From: Octopus vulgaris
Lineage: Eukaryota
Direction: 5' to 3'
Assembly (NCBI GenBank): GCA_951406725.2
Contig: OX597816.1
Location: 77,252,001 to 77,316,000, forward strand
Length of the DNA: 64,000 bases
The notes under the pieces are model-generated. The model worked only from the letters and a program-made list of their open reading frames with translations, did no database searches and was not told the origin of the DNA. Of the stretch, positions 1 through 11,711 are shown piece by piece; position 1 is the stretch's first letter, and every line of letters starts with the position of its first letter. The position numbers were made by a program, and so were the translations under genes.

Positions 1-30
1 CTTTTTGTTGGCTTTAAGTGTGTGTGTGTG

Positions 31-74
<44 letters not shown>

Positions 75-111
75 TAGACAGACAGACAGATAGACAAACA
101 GATAGACAGAC

Positions 112-144
<33 letters not shown>

Positions 145-145
145 T

Positions 146-330
146 GTTTCTTTATTAGCCACACAGGGCTGCACACAGACAGGACAAAATTACAAGGTAG
201 AGCTTTTCTTTTGGAGGTAAAAGAAGGGGGTTTGGTTTTCGATCAAAAGGGATCGTAAATGGAAAGAAAGAGGACAAAATAAGGGGGCGATATAAAAAAA
301 AAAAGGTGGGGGGAAGGAGTTCTTATATAT
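146..330 (-). mobile_element. 3' end of a non-LTR retroelement, ending in AATAAAG plus a microsatellite tail
   Basis: Minus strand ...TTTGTCCTGTCTGTGTGCAGCCCTGTGTGGCTAATAAAGAAAC then (TATC)n. Resembles the 3' tail of the SINEs at 7536 and 15016. Confidence 0.45.
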
Positions 331-1010
331 ATATTCAAGGAATTATTTGATAGTCTACTATGCTCCGAGCATGTCAGCAACAAACAGGAAAAAAAAAAGC
401 TTGCGTTGTCATCCTAAAAGTCCCTAGTGATGACAAGGTCCAATTACTTGATTATTTTAGTACCAAGGTCAGCTCCGATTATGATACACGGTTTAGTGTG
501 ATTGGCAGACACATCACAGGCTGCGTTGGCCGTGTTATTGTTTCTATTATAATCTGTCCTAAGGAACTCAACCGCTCAGTAACAAACATAACGTTCAAGC
601 TACCAAATATTTATTTATAAAACAACTTAGATACGTCGTCGGTCAAAGTACTGTTATTTAATTGAAAATGTAATAGAACGGATGTTCCTGTCATTCATTC
701 ATTTCATTCGTTCATTCAATTCCACCGATTGGCTATCAGATCACTTTTTGTTGCGCAACAAGTCTTTCAGAATTCGTGACAGACGACATGTTTAAGCTCT
801 TAGGCAGCGCTGGACTAACTGTTAAGCAAAATAAGCACATGCTTAGAGTATCAATGGAAAGTGTGGGGAGTCACAGAAATGGTAAATGGTTTACGGCACA
901 AATGATTTTTACTTTAAAATTGATAAATAATATTCGAAGTGGTTTGTATGATCGGAAATACAAATTCGAAGTGGAGATTTTGCATCAGTAATATAATAAA
1001 CATAGATAGG

Positions 1011-1080
<70 letters not shown>

Positions 1081-1114
1081 GTTATTGTTGTTGTTGTTGT
1101 TGTTGTTGTTGTTT

Positions 1115-1155
<41 letters not shown>

Positions 1156-1165
1156 TATCATTATA
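1011..1165 (+). repeat. Compound (TAT)n/(TGT)n microsatellite
   Basis: Direct reading of the sequence. Confidence 0.95.
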
Positions 1166-1385
1166 AATTATTTATTTATTTATCTATTTTTCCACAGATT
1201 GCGGAATTTGTTGTGAAACATGACATGAATTAGAAAAAAAAAGAAAAAATTAAATTAGAAAAAAATGAACGAAACAGAGAACATAATTGAAAAAATGACA
1301 ATGCAGTAAACACAAAGAAGCAGGAAAAAAAAAGCAAAATTCACCACCTTGAAAATTTGGTGGTGCTGGGAAACCTCTCTAATGA

Positions 1386-2220
1386 CTATTGGGGCACGCC
1401 AGCACGCTTGTAACGTTGCCGCGAGTGATGGTGAGGCTGATGCGCTGGAACAACGTCCTTATGAACTTCACCAGTTACCTCAGCTAGGCGAGCTGCCAGT
1501 GAAGACAGGAATCTCGCAGTTAGTGGTCTGACTCCACCAAACGTCTCGAATGTCACAGAATAGAAAATATAGTTGGCTGACAGATCGCAGTACTTCGGAA
1601 TTTTGTTCCGCTCAGCCGCAGAAGCTTTGAATCTCGCTCTGACCGCAGCATCCAGGATGTGAGAAGAAGCAAAGGAGTCGCTAACTGTAACATCCCAGAC
1701 AAGGCAACTGCCCCTCGACCAGGGGCACAGGGCGAGACCGTCAGATCTTTTCCCATCACATCTGGACAACCCAGATGATTCCAAGATGGAGTGGATGTTT
1801 GCCTGGGTCAAGCTCTTCTTGAGTATATGGTTTAACTCTATATGACGTGCGGACCAGCATTCAGGTGGCAAGAAAGACCATGGTGGCCTGTGGAGTCGAG
1901 GAGCCTGTCACAACGACAGCTCAAACCTATGCATAAGTCAGCTCCCACTCTGAGGGCAATGGAGACACGAAGTTTGTCCAAGCTGAGTAGGCCACCAACG
2001 TCAGGCACAGGGATGGTATGAATTCAGTCACTTGAGTATTTCACGCTGGTCCGACTGGATGAAGTGAGAGTCGAAGGTGGCCTTCAAAATTATGTTGTCC
2101 CAAGCTCTCTAACTCCGACAGTCCTCCACCTTGCCAGGAGCAGACAAGTCCAATTCATTCCAGTGTTGGAGATCTTCATCCTACTCCCTGTTGGGACTGG
2201 TCCATGTTGGGGAGGTGAGG
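1386..2220 (-). mobile_element. Decayed CRE-clade (RLE-type) non-LTR retrotransposon, 3' part
   Basis: Translation gives a zinc-knuckle remnant (SCRC...GHHGLSC) then RHIELN...GLSRCDGKRSDG...PWSRGSCLVWDVTV...FETFG, typical of CRE restriction-like endonucleases. Frameshifted. Confidence 0.75.
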
Positions 2221-2583
2221 ACGACGAGGGTTCCAGTTGATCCGATCAACGGAACAGCCTGCTCGTGAAATTAACGTGCAAGTGGATGAGCACTCCACAG
2301 ACACGTGTACCCTTAATGTAGTTGTCTGGGAGATTCAGTGCGATACAGAATGTGACAAGGATGGCCCTTTGCAATGCAGGTATAACAGAAACAGGAAGAA
2401 AGAGTGAGAGAAAGTTGTGGTGAAAGAGTATAGCAGGGTTCACCACCATCCACTGCCGGAGCCTCGTGAAGCTTTAGGTGTTTTCGCTCAATAAACACTC
2501 ACAACGCCCTGTCTGGGAATCGAAACCGCGATTCTACGACCGCGAGTTCGCTGCCCTAACCACTGGGCCATTGCGCCTCCACA
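2221..2583 (-). mobile_element. tRNA-derived SINE, head type 1 (GGAGGCGCAATGGCCCAGTGGTTAGGG...) with tail X
   Basis: Pol III A and B boxes; nearly collinear with the copy at 63004-63337. Confidence 0.9.
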
Positions 2584-3178
2584 CAAACACATGCACATAG
2601 TGTGTGTATGTGTGCGTGTGCGCGCACGCGTGTAGTTTCGTCCCAAAGAAGAACTGACACCGACTATGCTAATTTTTAGGGGAAGTCGTTAAATGCAGGC
2701 CATATACCTGAGAATTTTGTCCTGATTACATTCGCCTTTTTCAAAAAGGGAAATAGGTCCCCAGCACTTATATTTCATTTCGATGCCACTCATTTCACGC
2801 GTCATTAAAGTATTCAAGAGGGTGCAAAATTCGAGAATAACTGACTTCCAAGAGGACAACAATCATCTAAGCCCCAACCAACATCCTTTTTGCGTTGACA
2901 AAAACTACATAACACAGCTTATGTACCAGTCTGATGACATGATATTTTAAATACCTTGGTAGAGGAATCCAACACAGAGCTCCTACAACTTGACTTCACT
3001 AAGGTATTCGACCGACAAAATCGACCACAAGGTTCTGCTGGAGAAACTAACCAACACTGGTGCCCGTGAAAACTTACAGCAAACCAAGTCTTTCTAAGTA
3101 AACAGAACGCGACGTATTGTGATTCTTTTATTCTGTCCCCTCTAACCCAGTAAAAGTCCCCAATAGTTTGACCCCGTG

Positions 3179-3323
3179 CACTAGCGTAGCTAGAGTGTGT
3201 GCCGCCCAGGGCGGCCCTTCCGTTTACCGCCTCTGGACCCCACAAAAACCACATATTGTCTACAGCAGACTCAAAAGTGCGCCCAGGGCAGACCGCCGCT
3301 ACCGTTCCCCAGCTACGCCAGTG
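3179..3323. mobile_element. Short hAT-like MITE
   Basis: TIRs CACTAGCGTAGCT / AGCTACGCCAGTG with subterminal GCCCAGGGC motifs. TSD is degenerate. Confidence 0.5.
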
Positions 3324-4054
3324 CCCCCAGGTACAGTGTAGGACGTCCTTCTCGTCATCTATCTATCTATATATAAAATCCTTTATCACTCTGTCTGTTA
3401 CCAATGCATTCTCAAACGGCTCAACCAAATCAAATAAAATATTACATGGTAATACTATGAGACCACATGAATGTCAACATGTAATTTTAGGGGATTAAAA
3501 TAATGCAACATTGGCACTAGTTCCGTATTATGTCTCAAAACTCGAAGAATAAAACTGAAACTTTCGACAGAGTAACAATTATAAATGGTGTCACTTTTAT
3601 ATTGTTTCACTTTTATTCTTTCACTCTTAATAGTTTCACTTTTAATAGTTTCACTATGTATATATATAAAGTGAAATTGAAACAAAATAAACAGCCCTAA
3701 CCCTAACTCTAACTTATAAAAAATTTCAGCTCATCCGTTTGGGAAAAGTGGATGTACTTAAGCAACCAAACTCTCTTCCCTCTGAAGAGCTTTCAATGAT
3801 ATCATATCATACTGGAGTCATGTGCGTAATTACCAACAATATTCAAAGCTGAAGTGCCCACATCAACACTGACATTCCGTCGGTTGCGACGACGACAGTT
3901 CCAGTCGATCCGATTAACGGAACTGCCTGCTCGTGAAATTAACGTGCAAGTGACTGAGCTTTTCACAGAATCAAAAGTCATCATCTTTCTATTCTCTTAC
4001 TTTATTTCTGTCTCACTTTGAATACTGTTGTCCATTCAGTTATGACTACTGAAA

Positions 4055-4400
4055 TACCAAAGAGATTAATTACAAAAATGAAAACAAATACTGACAGGCC
4101 TTGGTTACTGAGATCGTCTCAAAAAGTTCAAACGTTGTTCTCTCCAACATCGCTGTCAGCGCTACATTTGTACAATGCTGAAAATATTCCATTAGCGTTG
4201 TTCAAACGATGTTGGTATCAAGTGTAAAAATCACCGAAGGCTAAGCCCTCAACAAAAATCGACATAACTTCTTTTTTTTTTTTTATCTCATCTGGCTCTG
4301 CAATGTTTAAAACTATTCCGAAATAAATCCAAGGTACCTGGCCAAATTCCTGCAAGAAATACCAGATAAACTACCAACCACGTGTTTCGATTAACAGCTC
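4055..4400 (+). mobile_element. Decayed CR1-like LINE 3' fragment
   Basis: Translation GLGY*DRLKK...SLQHRCQRYI and LAKFLQEIPD matches the CR1/L2-group ORF2 C-terminus. Confidence 0.55.
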
Positions 4401-4884
4401 CTTGCTATATGGTACCTTTAGCAGAGACCATTCTCTCGCAAGTATTCGGGTCATGTCAGCGGCTTGAGAATACCTTCTCTCCATCTCACACCAGTTTTGG
4501 GAGCCCAGTAATGAGTTATGACCACAGCGCTTTCCTCATGACTAAGAGATTAAAAAAAAAATAGATGCACATTCGCAGCTGAAACATCTCTAGAGTTTTT
4601 GTGTTATTAAGATCGATTATGAAGGACATGTAAAAGCTGGGCAAAGAACAAGGTGTTGCCTGTAAACGTTGGCCCACGAAACCCTTGACACAACAGGAAT
4701 AAGCAGAAAAGCCATCAAAAACAACGTAGACACTTCTAAAAAAGCATCTAGATCAATGTTTCTCAATCATTTTTTATCTATAGACCCTTTTGATTCTTAT
4801 TTTAATTTACTGGTCCCTCATAGCCATTTGATGATTAAGAAATCTTATTACATTTTTATAATTAAATATTATTAAAAATTCATT

Positions 4885-5090
4885 TATTCTTTCTGTTATT
4901 TATTTGTCATTTGATTGCTGGAGTACCACTTTGAAGGGTTTTAGTCGAATAAATCGACCCCAGGACTTATTTTCTAAGCCTAGTACTTATTCTATCGGGT
5001 TCTTTTGCCGAACTGCTTGGTTACGGGGGCGTAAACACACCAACAACGGTTGTCAAGAGGTGGTGGGAGGGCAAACACAGACAGAGAGTT
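4885..5090 (-). mobile_element. 3' half of CORE-type SINE (family B)
   Basis: Matches the other copies (AATAAGTACTAGGCTT...GTCCTGGGGTCGATT). Confidence 0.8.
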
Positions 5091-5159
5091 ACACACACGT
5101 ACACACACACATGTATGCACACACACACACACACATATATTTATACATACATACAGGCA

Positions 5160-5190
<31 letters not shown>

Positions 5191-5209
5191 CAGTTGGTTC
5201 TTCGTTACA

Positions 5210-5553
5210 GTCGAGGGTCACCAATTGTAACGGTTGCTGTAAAGGTGTTGGTTGCTGGTATGCAAGACGGAATAAGAACAGTGATCGAAGTTGTTAAGAA
5301 ATATTTATTTACCGTCACTTCGTATAATACCATGCCTCGACGGGCAGGTGTTTGTATCATATAAAAACAATAGAGTTATCTTTTCTTGTATGTTGTTGCT
5401 GGTTATGTTTGGTCAACTGCTAGCTGCCTAACTAGAAATTAGAGGAAGATAGAGTGAATGTTAAGTGTAGGGCGTCGATAAAATGATACCGTCATTGTGC
5501 CTGACATTTAAACATCAGTGGTGTTGTGATAAGACAATGTATCATAGTTAACA
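5210..5553 (-). mobile_element. LTR (5553-5226) followed by a tRNA-Trp-like primer-binding site
   Basis: Minus strand TGTTAAC...AAATAAA...CGTTACA-AT-TGGTGACCCTCGAC. The PBS is complementary to the tRNA-Trp 3' end GUCGGGGUCACCA with one extra base. The LTR 5' boundary is approximate. Confidence 0.6.
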
Positions 5554-5956
5554 ATCTCACTGTAAGCCTTCTCTCAGTTGAATTATATCACTAACTGGAT
5601 TCTGCCTGTGGTCGCCTTTGCATCATCTCCTTTTTGCCAATTCACTTTTTCCTACGGTGTTTTAGTATTTATAATCATCCAAACTAGTTTGAAGGAGAAG
5701 TATATTGTTGAGAAAAATGAATTCCGTTGGCGGTCTGTTATCTCCATTCTAGCTTTTGGTGGCCTAGAAGAGGTTAGAAGGCTCAAGTGGCAAAGACATT
5801 ATTTTGCTTAGCGAAGGCATCTGGCGAATGTAACTCCTGTCACTCACAGAAAAACTATTGGTTGACCATGAGAAAAGTGGTGCTGAATTGTTAAGAGAAA
5901 TTCGGCTACCGAGGATCGAATCCACAGTATGTCTGCATGAAACTACTACACACACA

Positions 5957-6034
<78 letters not shown>

Positions 6035-6035
6035 C

Positions 6036-6200
6036 ACGACGGGCTTTTTTCACATTCAGCCTACCAAATCCACTCACAAGGCTTTGGTCGGTCCGAGGTT
6101 ATAGTAGAAGACACTCGCCGGAGGTGCCACACAATGGGACCGAACCCGGAACCATGCGATTGTGAAGCTAACTTCTTACTGCACACCCACGCCTACACCT
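6036..6200 (-). mobile_element. CORE-type SINE family B, 5' half
   Basis: Matches the head and CORE-like CCTTGGGCAAGTGTCTT region of other copies. Confidence 0.8.
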
Positions 6201-6593
6201 GTACTGTATATAAAAAAAATTGATAGAATATTTTGTATATTGTGCCCCCCACCCAAGATACGATCCTGATGTGTCTAAATATTGCAGCTGCAGGTGAACG
6301 TTGAAAACGCTAGTGTATAATATTAATTTTATTAATCTAAGAATGAGATAAATAGTAACAGCTTTCATGTTACTTTCTTTATAGCCAGTTATACTGGTTT
6401 CTTTACATAGACACAATAACAAACTTTTATCACAATAGCAATAGGAATACGTAACGTCTATGGGCTTTTGTTATGTATATACACTTCAATGTTTAAGAGT
6501 AACGAAACAAATTCATGAATCGGAATATTGTTGAGGAAATTCGGTTCGAAGGGAGCTTACTCATGCAGTTTTTTAAATTTTTCTCTTTTTTTT

Positions 6594-7190
6594 AACAAGC
6601 TAAGTACGTGGTTAGTTCTAAAATCTCTATGGTATGTAAATAGTAACAATACTGAAAAATAATGTTTGTTGCCACTTCAACATGGCTGTTCGGCACGGAA
6701 CTACGTTACAACCATTTTTTTTTAACTCCAGGAGGACATCTCCTCCAGCTGGTTAACGACACAACCTGTGAGATGTTCTCTTTGCTGGTTGCAAAATCAG
6801 CGGCTGAATCGCTTATTTTTCTATATATTGCGAGCTAGGACGAACGACTGCCTTGTCTAATAGACAAGTGTCCAGTACTGCCAAAGGGAAATACCCTGAA
6901 ACCAGATTGGTATACTGATCTGGTCATCGCTAAATGGTAGGGGTTCGCTCCCCTGCTCGCATTATATTGGACACAGGTTGTACCGTTAACCAGCTGCAGA
7001 TGGCTTTCTGGGGTTTAAAAAATGTTTGTTCCGTACGGAACAGTCATATTTAAAGTGGCAAAACATTACTTTCTGCTTTTGTTACCATTTACATCTCATA
7101 CAGAGATTTTAGAACTAGCTGCTTAACTTGTTGCAAAATCAGCGGCTGAATGTCGTATGTTTGTTGAAGTGGTAACAAACATTACTTTTC
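6594..7190. mobile_element. Foldback element with ~175-bp inverted arms (6594-6770 / 6972-7132) and a decayed hammerhead motif in the loop
   Basis: Arms are reverse-complementary, e.g. CCAGCTGGTTAACGACACAACCTGTG vs CACAGGTTGTACCGTTAACCAGCTG. An extra partial copy lies at 7130-7190. Confidence 0.75.
6873..6929 (+). ncRNA. Degenerate type I hammerhead ribozyme motif
   Basis: CTGCCAA (cf. CUGACGA), AGGG-aaata-CCCT, GAAA, CCAGATTGG-tata-CTGATCTGG, TC, ATCG. Stems II and III are intact; the core is mutated. Confidence 0.6.
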
Positions 7191-7535
7191 TTCTTTTTTT
7201 TTCTTCTACTGTTTCCGTACTATACTGCACACAACTGGACATCTTAGAGCAGTTGCAGTTGCATAACAGAGACGGGGAGGTTGCAGTGGTGGAAGTGAGT
7301 GGGTTCAGTCTGTCTACATTTCCAGGAAAAGGGACTTTGTAAGTAATCCAATGACGTTTCTCACAGCTCAACAACACAGCCGACTCAGAAAGGCAGAGAG
7401 ACGGAGAAACAGACACAAAGACAGAAACAGACAGACAGAAACAGAGAGAAGGGAGAGAGGAGAAAAGGAAGAGGAGGAGAGAGAAGTTGATAGAGAAGTG
7501 TGAGGAGGGAGAGAAGGGAAAAGCGGGAGGGTATA

Positions 7536-7883
7536 AGGCGGCGAGCTGGCAGAAACGTTAGGCGAGCTGGCAGAAACGTTAGGCGAAATGCCTAGCGGTA
7601 TTTCGTCTGCGTTACGTTGTGAGTTCAAATTCCGCCGAGGTCGACTTTACCTTTCATCCTTTCGGGGTCGATAAATTAAGTACCAGTTACGTACTGGGGT
7701 CGATGTAATCGACTTAATACCTATGTCTGTCCTTGTTTGTCCCCTCTGTGTTTAGCCCCTTGTGGGTAATAAAGAAATAGAAATAGGTATTTCGTCTGCC
7801 GTTACGTTGTGAGTTCAAATTCCGCCGAAGTCGACTTTCATCTTTTCTGTGTTTAGCCCCTTGTGGGTAGTAAAGAAATAGGT
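7536..7883 (+). mobile_element. tRNA-derived SINE family A (central CCTTTCATCCTTTCGGGGTCGATAAATTAAGTACCAG domain), with duplicated head and partial second unit
   Basis: Near-identical copy at 15016-15247; B box GAGTTCAAATTCC. Confidence 0.9.
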
Positions 7884-8437
7884 ATAGAGGGAGAATGGAG
7901 AGGGTGAGAGAAGCGAGAGGAAGAGTAAGAGAGGGGGAATCAATCTCGTACTAGACTGGTTCTTTATTTATCGACCCTGGAACTCATGATACCAGCCTCG
8001 CCTTTATTATCTGCAGTAAGGAAATTAACTCAGCTCTGCAAAACAAACGAAATAATCAATTCCACATTGCTGCCTTATAACGCTAGTTTACAACCTTGAG
8101 TTACCTATTCGGAACTTGAATCAACGAGAGGGCTTTGTGCGTCAGAAATAGCAGCCAAATATCCTTCATACTATTGTAGTCTTACATGCATTGTGTTAGC
8201 GGAACAAAGAAATGTGGTCACGGGTGAAATTATTTTGACCAAAAGTTTGCTTGATTTGGGCGAACTTGGAGAAACCACAGTCGAGAATTCAGTGCAGTGA
8301 CATTGCTCAGAGCTTGTGACTAGATACGAAACCATGGACCCCAGGTTTGATGTTAGATACATTACCGATTCACCTCTGAAGGCACACTTGTTATAATTGA
8401 TTTACAACACTTAATAACCGTTTTGTGTTTCATATCA

Positions 8438-8443
8438 TTTATT
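8438..8443 (-). terminator. Candidate polyadenylation signal AATAAA of the peptide gene
   Basis: AATAAA ~240 nt after the stop codon, followed by a GT-rich tract (GTTATTAAGTGTTGT). Confidence 0.55.
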
Positions 8444-8485
8444 CGTAAGCGTTCGGTAAACAAATAGTATTATATAATATTACAA

Positions 8486-8528
<43 letters not shown>

Positions 8529-8682
8529 ATTATGTTATTATATATTAATTTATATATTATTATTATTATTATATAAAAAAAAATTCTACATTTATGGAGA
8601 AGATGGAAGGTAACTGTATTGGCATTCAGTACTGATTATAGAAATGACAGTGAAATTTATACGGCAGGTACTGCTTGGTACT

Positions 8683-8767
8683 TCACTCGTTTTTTGGCCT
8701 TTTAAAAGCGCCTTCCATTCCCCAGACATCGTCACCTTCAGCAGCGTCATCTTTCGAAGGAGGGCAG
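8683..8767 (-). CDS. Exon 3 (last coding exon) of secreted Cys-rich peptide precursor: (F)CPPSKDDAAEGDDVWGMEGAFKRPKNE*
   Basis: Strong polypyrimidine acceptor TTTTTTTCTCTCTCTTTCTGCAG|C. The phase-2 junction gives TT+C = Phe and supplies the 8th Cys. TGA at 8685-8683. Confidence 0.85.
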
Positions 8768-9053
8768 CTGCAGAAAGAGAGAGAAAAAAAAGAGAAACAG
8801 TAAAGTAAAGATTACAGCATGGAGAAATGCGAAATTCGAAATATGAAAGTTATTCAATAATATGTTAAATTGTGAAGGTGGAATATATATATATAATAAG
8901 GCGGAATATATATATAAAATAAGCAACAAGAATGGATATATATATATATATAATAAAGGGTAAAATTAACTAATTAATTAATAATTATTGATAATTTTAC
9001 CAAGTAGTTTCGGCATGTTAAAAGAACCATAATTGGTAAACTTAAAGAACGAT

Positions 9054-9200
9054 ATTTTTTTATAATTATGAGTATAATTATAATTAGGGAGATTCTCTTA
9101 TTGTAGAGAAATAGCTAGGTGTCCTAAATTTTCGTTATGTGGTGAAGCAAATTTTTTTGCTGAACCCTAATTATAATTATACTCAAAATTATAAAAAATT
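9054..9200. repeat. Short AT-rich inverted repeat (~35-bp arms)
   Basis: TTATAATTATGAGTATAATTATAATTAGGG vs CCCTAATTATAATTATACTCAAAATTATAA. Confidence 0.7.
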
Positions 9201-9252
9201 GTTATATATATATATTTTTTTTTTATATATATACATATATATGTATATATAT

Positions 9253-9464
9253 AAAGGGTAAAGACCCCCTTCGGTCATGAATGACCATGGGATTGCACCT
9301 AGAAAGTTACCCTCCTAGACACAAGTCCGGGCAAGGTTGTTTATGGAAGACCAGCAGTCGCCCATGCATACCAGCCTCCCCTCTCCACACCACCAGTGTT
9401 ATCCAAAGGAAAGACAAAGGTCGATACAGCTTGGCACCAGTGACGTCGCAACTCATTTCTACAG

Positions 9465-9468
<4 letters not shown>
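9253..9468 (-). mobile_element. SINE 3' portion with RTE-like tail (family E)
   Basis: Second copy at 54654-54810. Tail CCCATGGTCATTCATGACCGAAGGGGG. Confidence 0.7.
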
Positions 9469-9504
<36 letters not shown>

Positions 9505-10074
9505 TAAACAGTAAAAATAATTACAGACATGGACAAGAACATGAAACACCACAGAGACGACACAAGAACCACAGGACGGGACATTCGAAGCCCTCAGTCA
9601 TCAGTCAAGAACCAGATCATCTTAGCAATTTCGGCTGATTAATCTTGAGATTGCTCCGATATGGGCAGCCCGCCAAGGGAAATCTAAGCCAAGCGCATTA
9701 GATCCCCTGGAAGAAAGCTTCGAATGTATACAACACGAGGACGGAAAACGAACGAAGTACACGAACAAAAATACAGAATACGTGACACCAATAAGAATAC
9801 AAAAACGTAAAAACAATAACGGTAAAAATAAAAAATAAACAACAAAACAAAACCAGGACGTAGGACAAGGGTCTTTCGACAGGACGAGTTGAGTATGGGG
9901 CTGGCTTATGAAGTTGTGTCTAATGGCCGCAGGGAGACGATATATATCAGTAATGAACCTATTTCCTACGATGAGGATGAATATTCCAGAATAGGAGGCG
10001 AGCATTTTTGTAAGAAGTAAACTTTTGATGTAGTCTTGGTCAAGACTAAGCGACTACTAATATCCCGCAAATGT

Positions 10075-10287
10075 AAGGCGGCAAGCCGACAGAATCGTTT
10101 GCATACTGCGTAAAATGCTTAGCGGAATTTCATCTGATTTTATGATCTGAGTTCAAATTCTGCCAAGGTCGATTTTGCGTTTCATCCCCTCGAAATCGAT
10201 AAAATAAGTACCAGTTGTGCACTATGGTCGATGTAATTGATTAGCCCCCTCCACCGTAATTGCTCGCCTTGTGCCAATATTTGAAAC

Positions 10288-10356
<69 letters not shown>

Positions 10357-10547
10357 GGCTGCGAGCTAGCCGAATCGTTAACACGCAGAGTTAAATACTT
10401 AGCGGCATTTTGTCCGTCTTCACAATCTGATTCCGCTGAAATCAGCTTTATATTTCAGCTTCTCGGGGTCGATAAAAGGTGCCAGTTGGGCACTGGGGTC
10501 GATGTAATACCCCCAAATTACTGACCTTGTGCCGAAATTTGAAACCG
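10075..10547 (+). mobile_element. Two diverged family-A SINEs separated by a (TAT)n tail
   Basis: Similarity to 15016-15247 in the head and central domain. Confidence 0.75.
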
Positions 10548-10626
10548 ATATCCCACAAGTGTAATTTGTATTCTATTTCTCGGCAGTATATATCTGAATT
10601 GTGATTATCAACGAGCATTAATTGTT

Positions 10627-10698
<72 letters not shown>

Positions 10699-11711
10699 CA
10701 GAGAAATAGCTTTGATGAAATTTTAGTCTAATACCTCAACAAATTGTTTCGTAGCTTAAAGATATGTAAATAATTTATATTATTATATTTAATAATAAAT
10801 AAATTACTTACATGCCTGCATTAATGCAAAATGCAAAACTCTTTCAAAATAATAACGTTTTTTCTTGAATCGTACAATATATTCTGTTTTGTAGAGTAAT
10901 ACACTACGGAGCTTTTTTTATGAGTACTACTGGATTACTTGAATCCATATATTGTGACTTAAATTTATATACACACACAAACACGCACACACATACACGT
11001 ATGCATATACGTATGTTCACGCACTTACGTAAATATGTCATCATTCGGTATATTTGGGACTCTATTTTCCAATGTATCTTTCCATAATAAAAGATGTAAT
11101 TTGAAGGAATTGTAGTTACTATATCTAGCAGATGGAACACCCTAGCAGAGACTTTCTCTCGTTGGCTTGAAGTAAATTTCGTCGTTGTTGAGACATGGCC
11201 TAATAAAACTTTGATGAATAGTGTTCTAACAGTGACAATACTGTTATTTGCTTTTCAGGAATTACATTGTTCAATATAGCTTTTAAGATGGTAGTGAATG
11301 ATTAGGAAAGATTTTGCTGTTATTTTTAGCAAGGTCAAAGACCATGTATCAGTCTGTTTTACAGTTTCAATTTCATATCTTCATAGTAGGTAGCTGAAGT
11401 AACAGGTTAGTTAGTTCATCAATCATCTTTAAAGTTTTATCTTAGTTAGGGGAGGGAGGATAGAAGAAAAGATTGCGCTTACATTTATAAATATCGGCAC
11501 GTTTTATGCATTATTATTATTATATAGTCATATTTTTCACTAATGATGTCTTTCTTTCACTCAAAACTAGAGAAAAGGTCATGCTAAAGTAATTTTCGAT
11601 TGATTAATTTTCTTCCATCAAATCTATACGCCATACTCTAGCAGAAAAGACAATAATCCCTGAGGGATGTTATTACAGTCATGCATTTCCTAAGAGCATA
11701 TGTGACATAAG

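Noticed and set aside
939-1166. Poly-Tyr/Cys ORF and the many YI/VC/HT/LSIY-repeat ORFs
   Set aside because: These are translations of microsatellites with no coding features.
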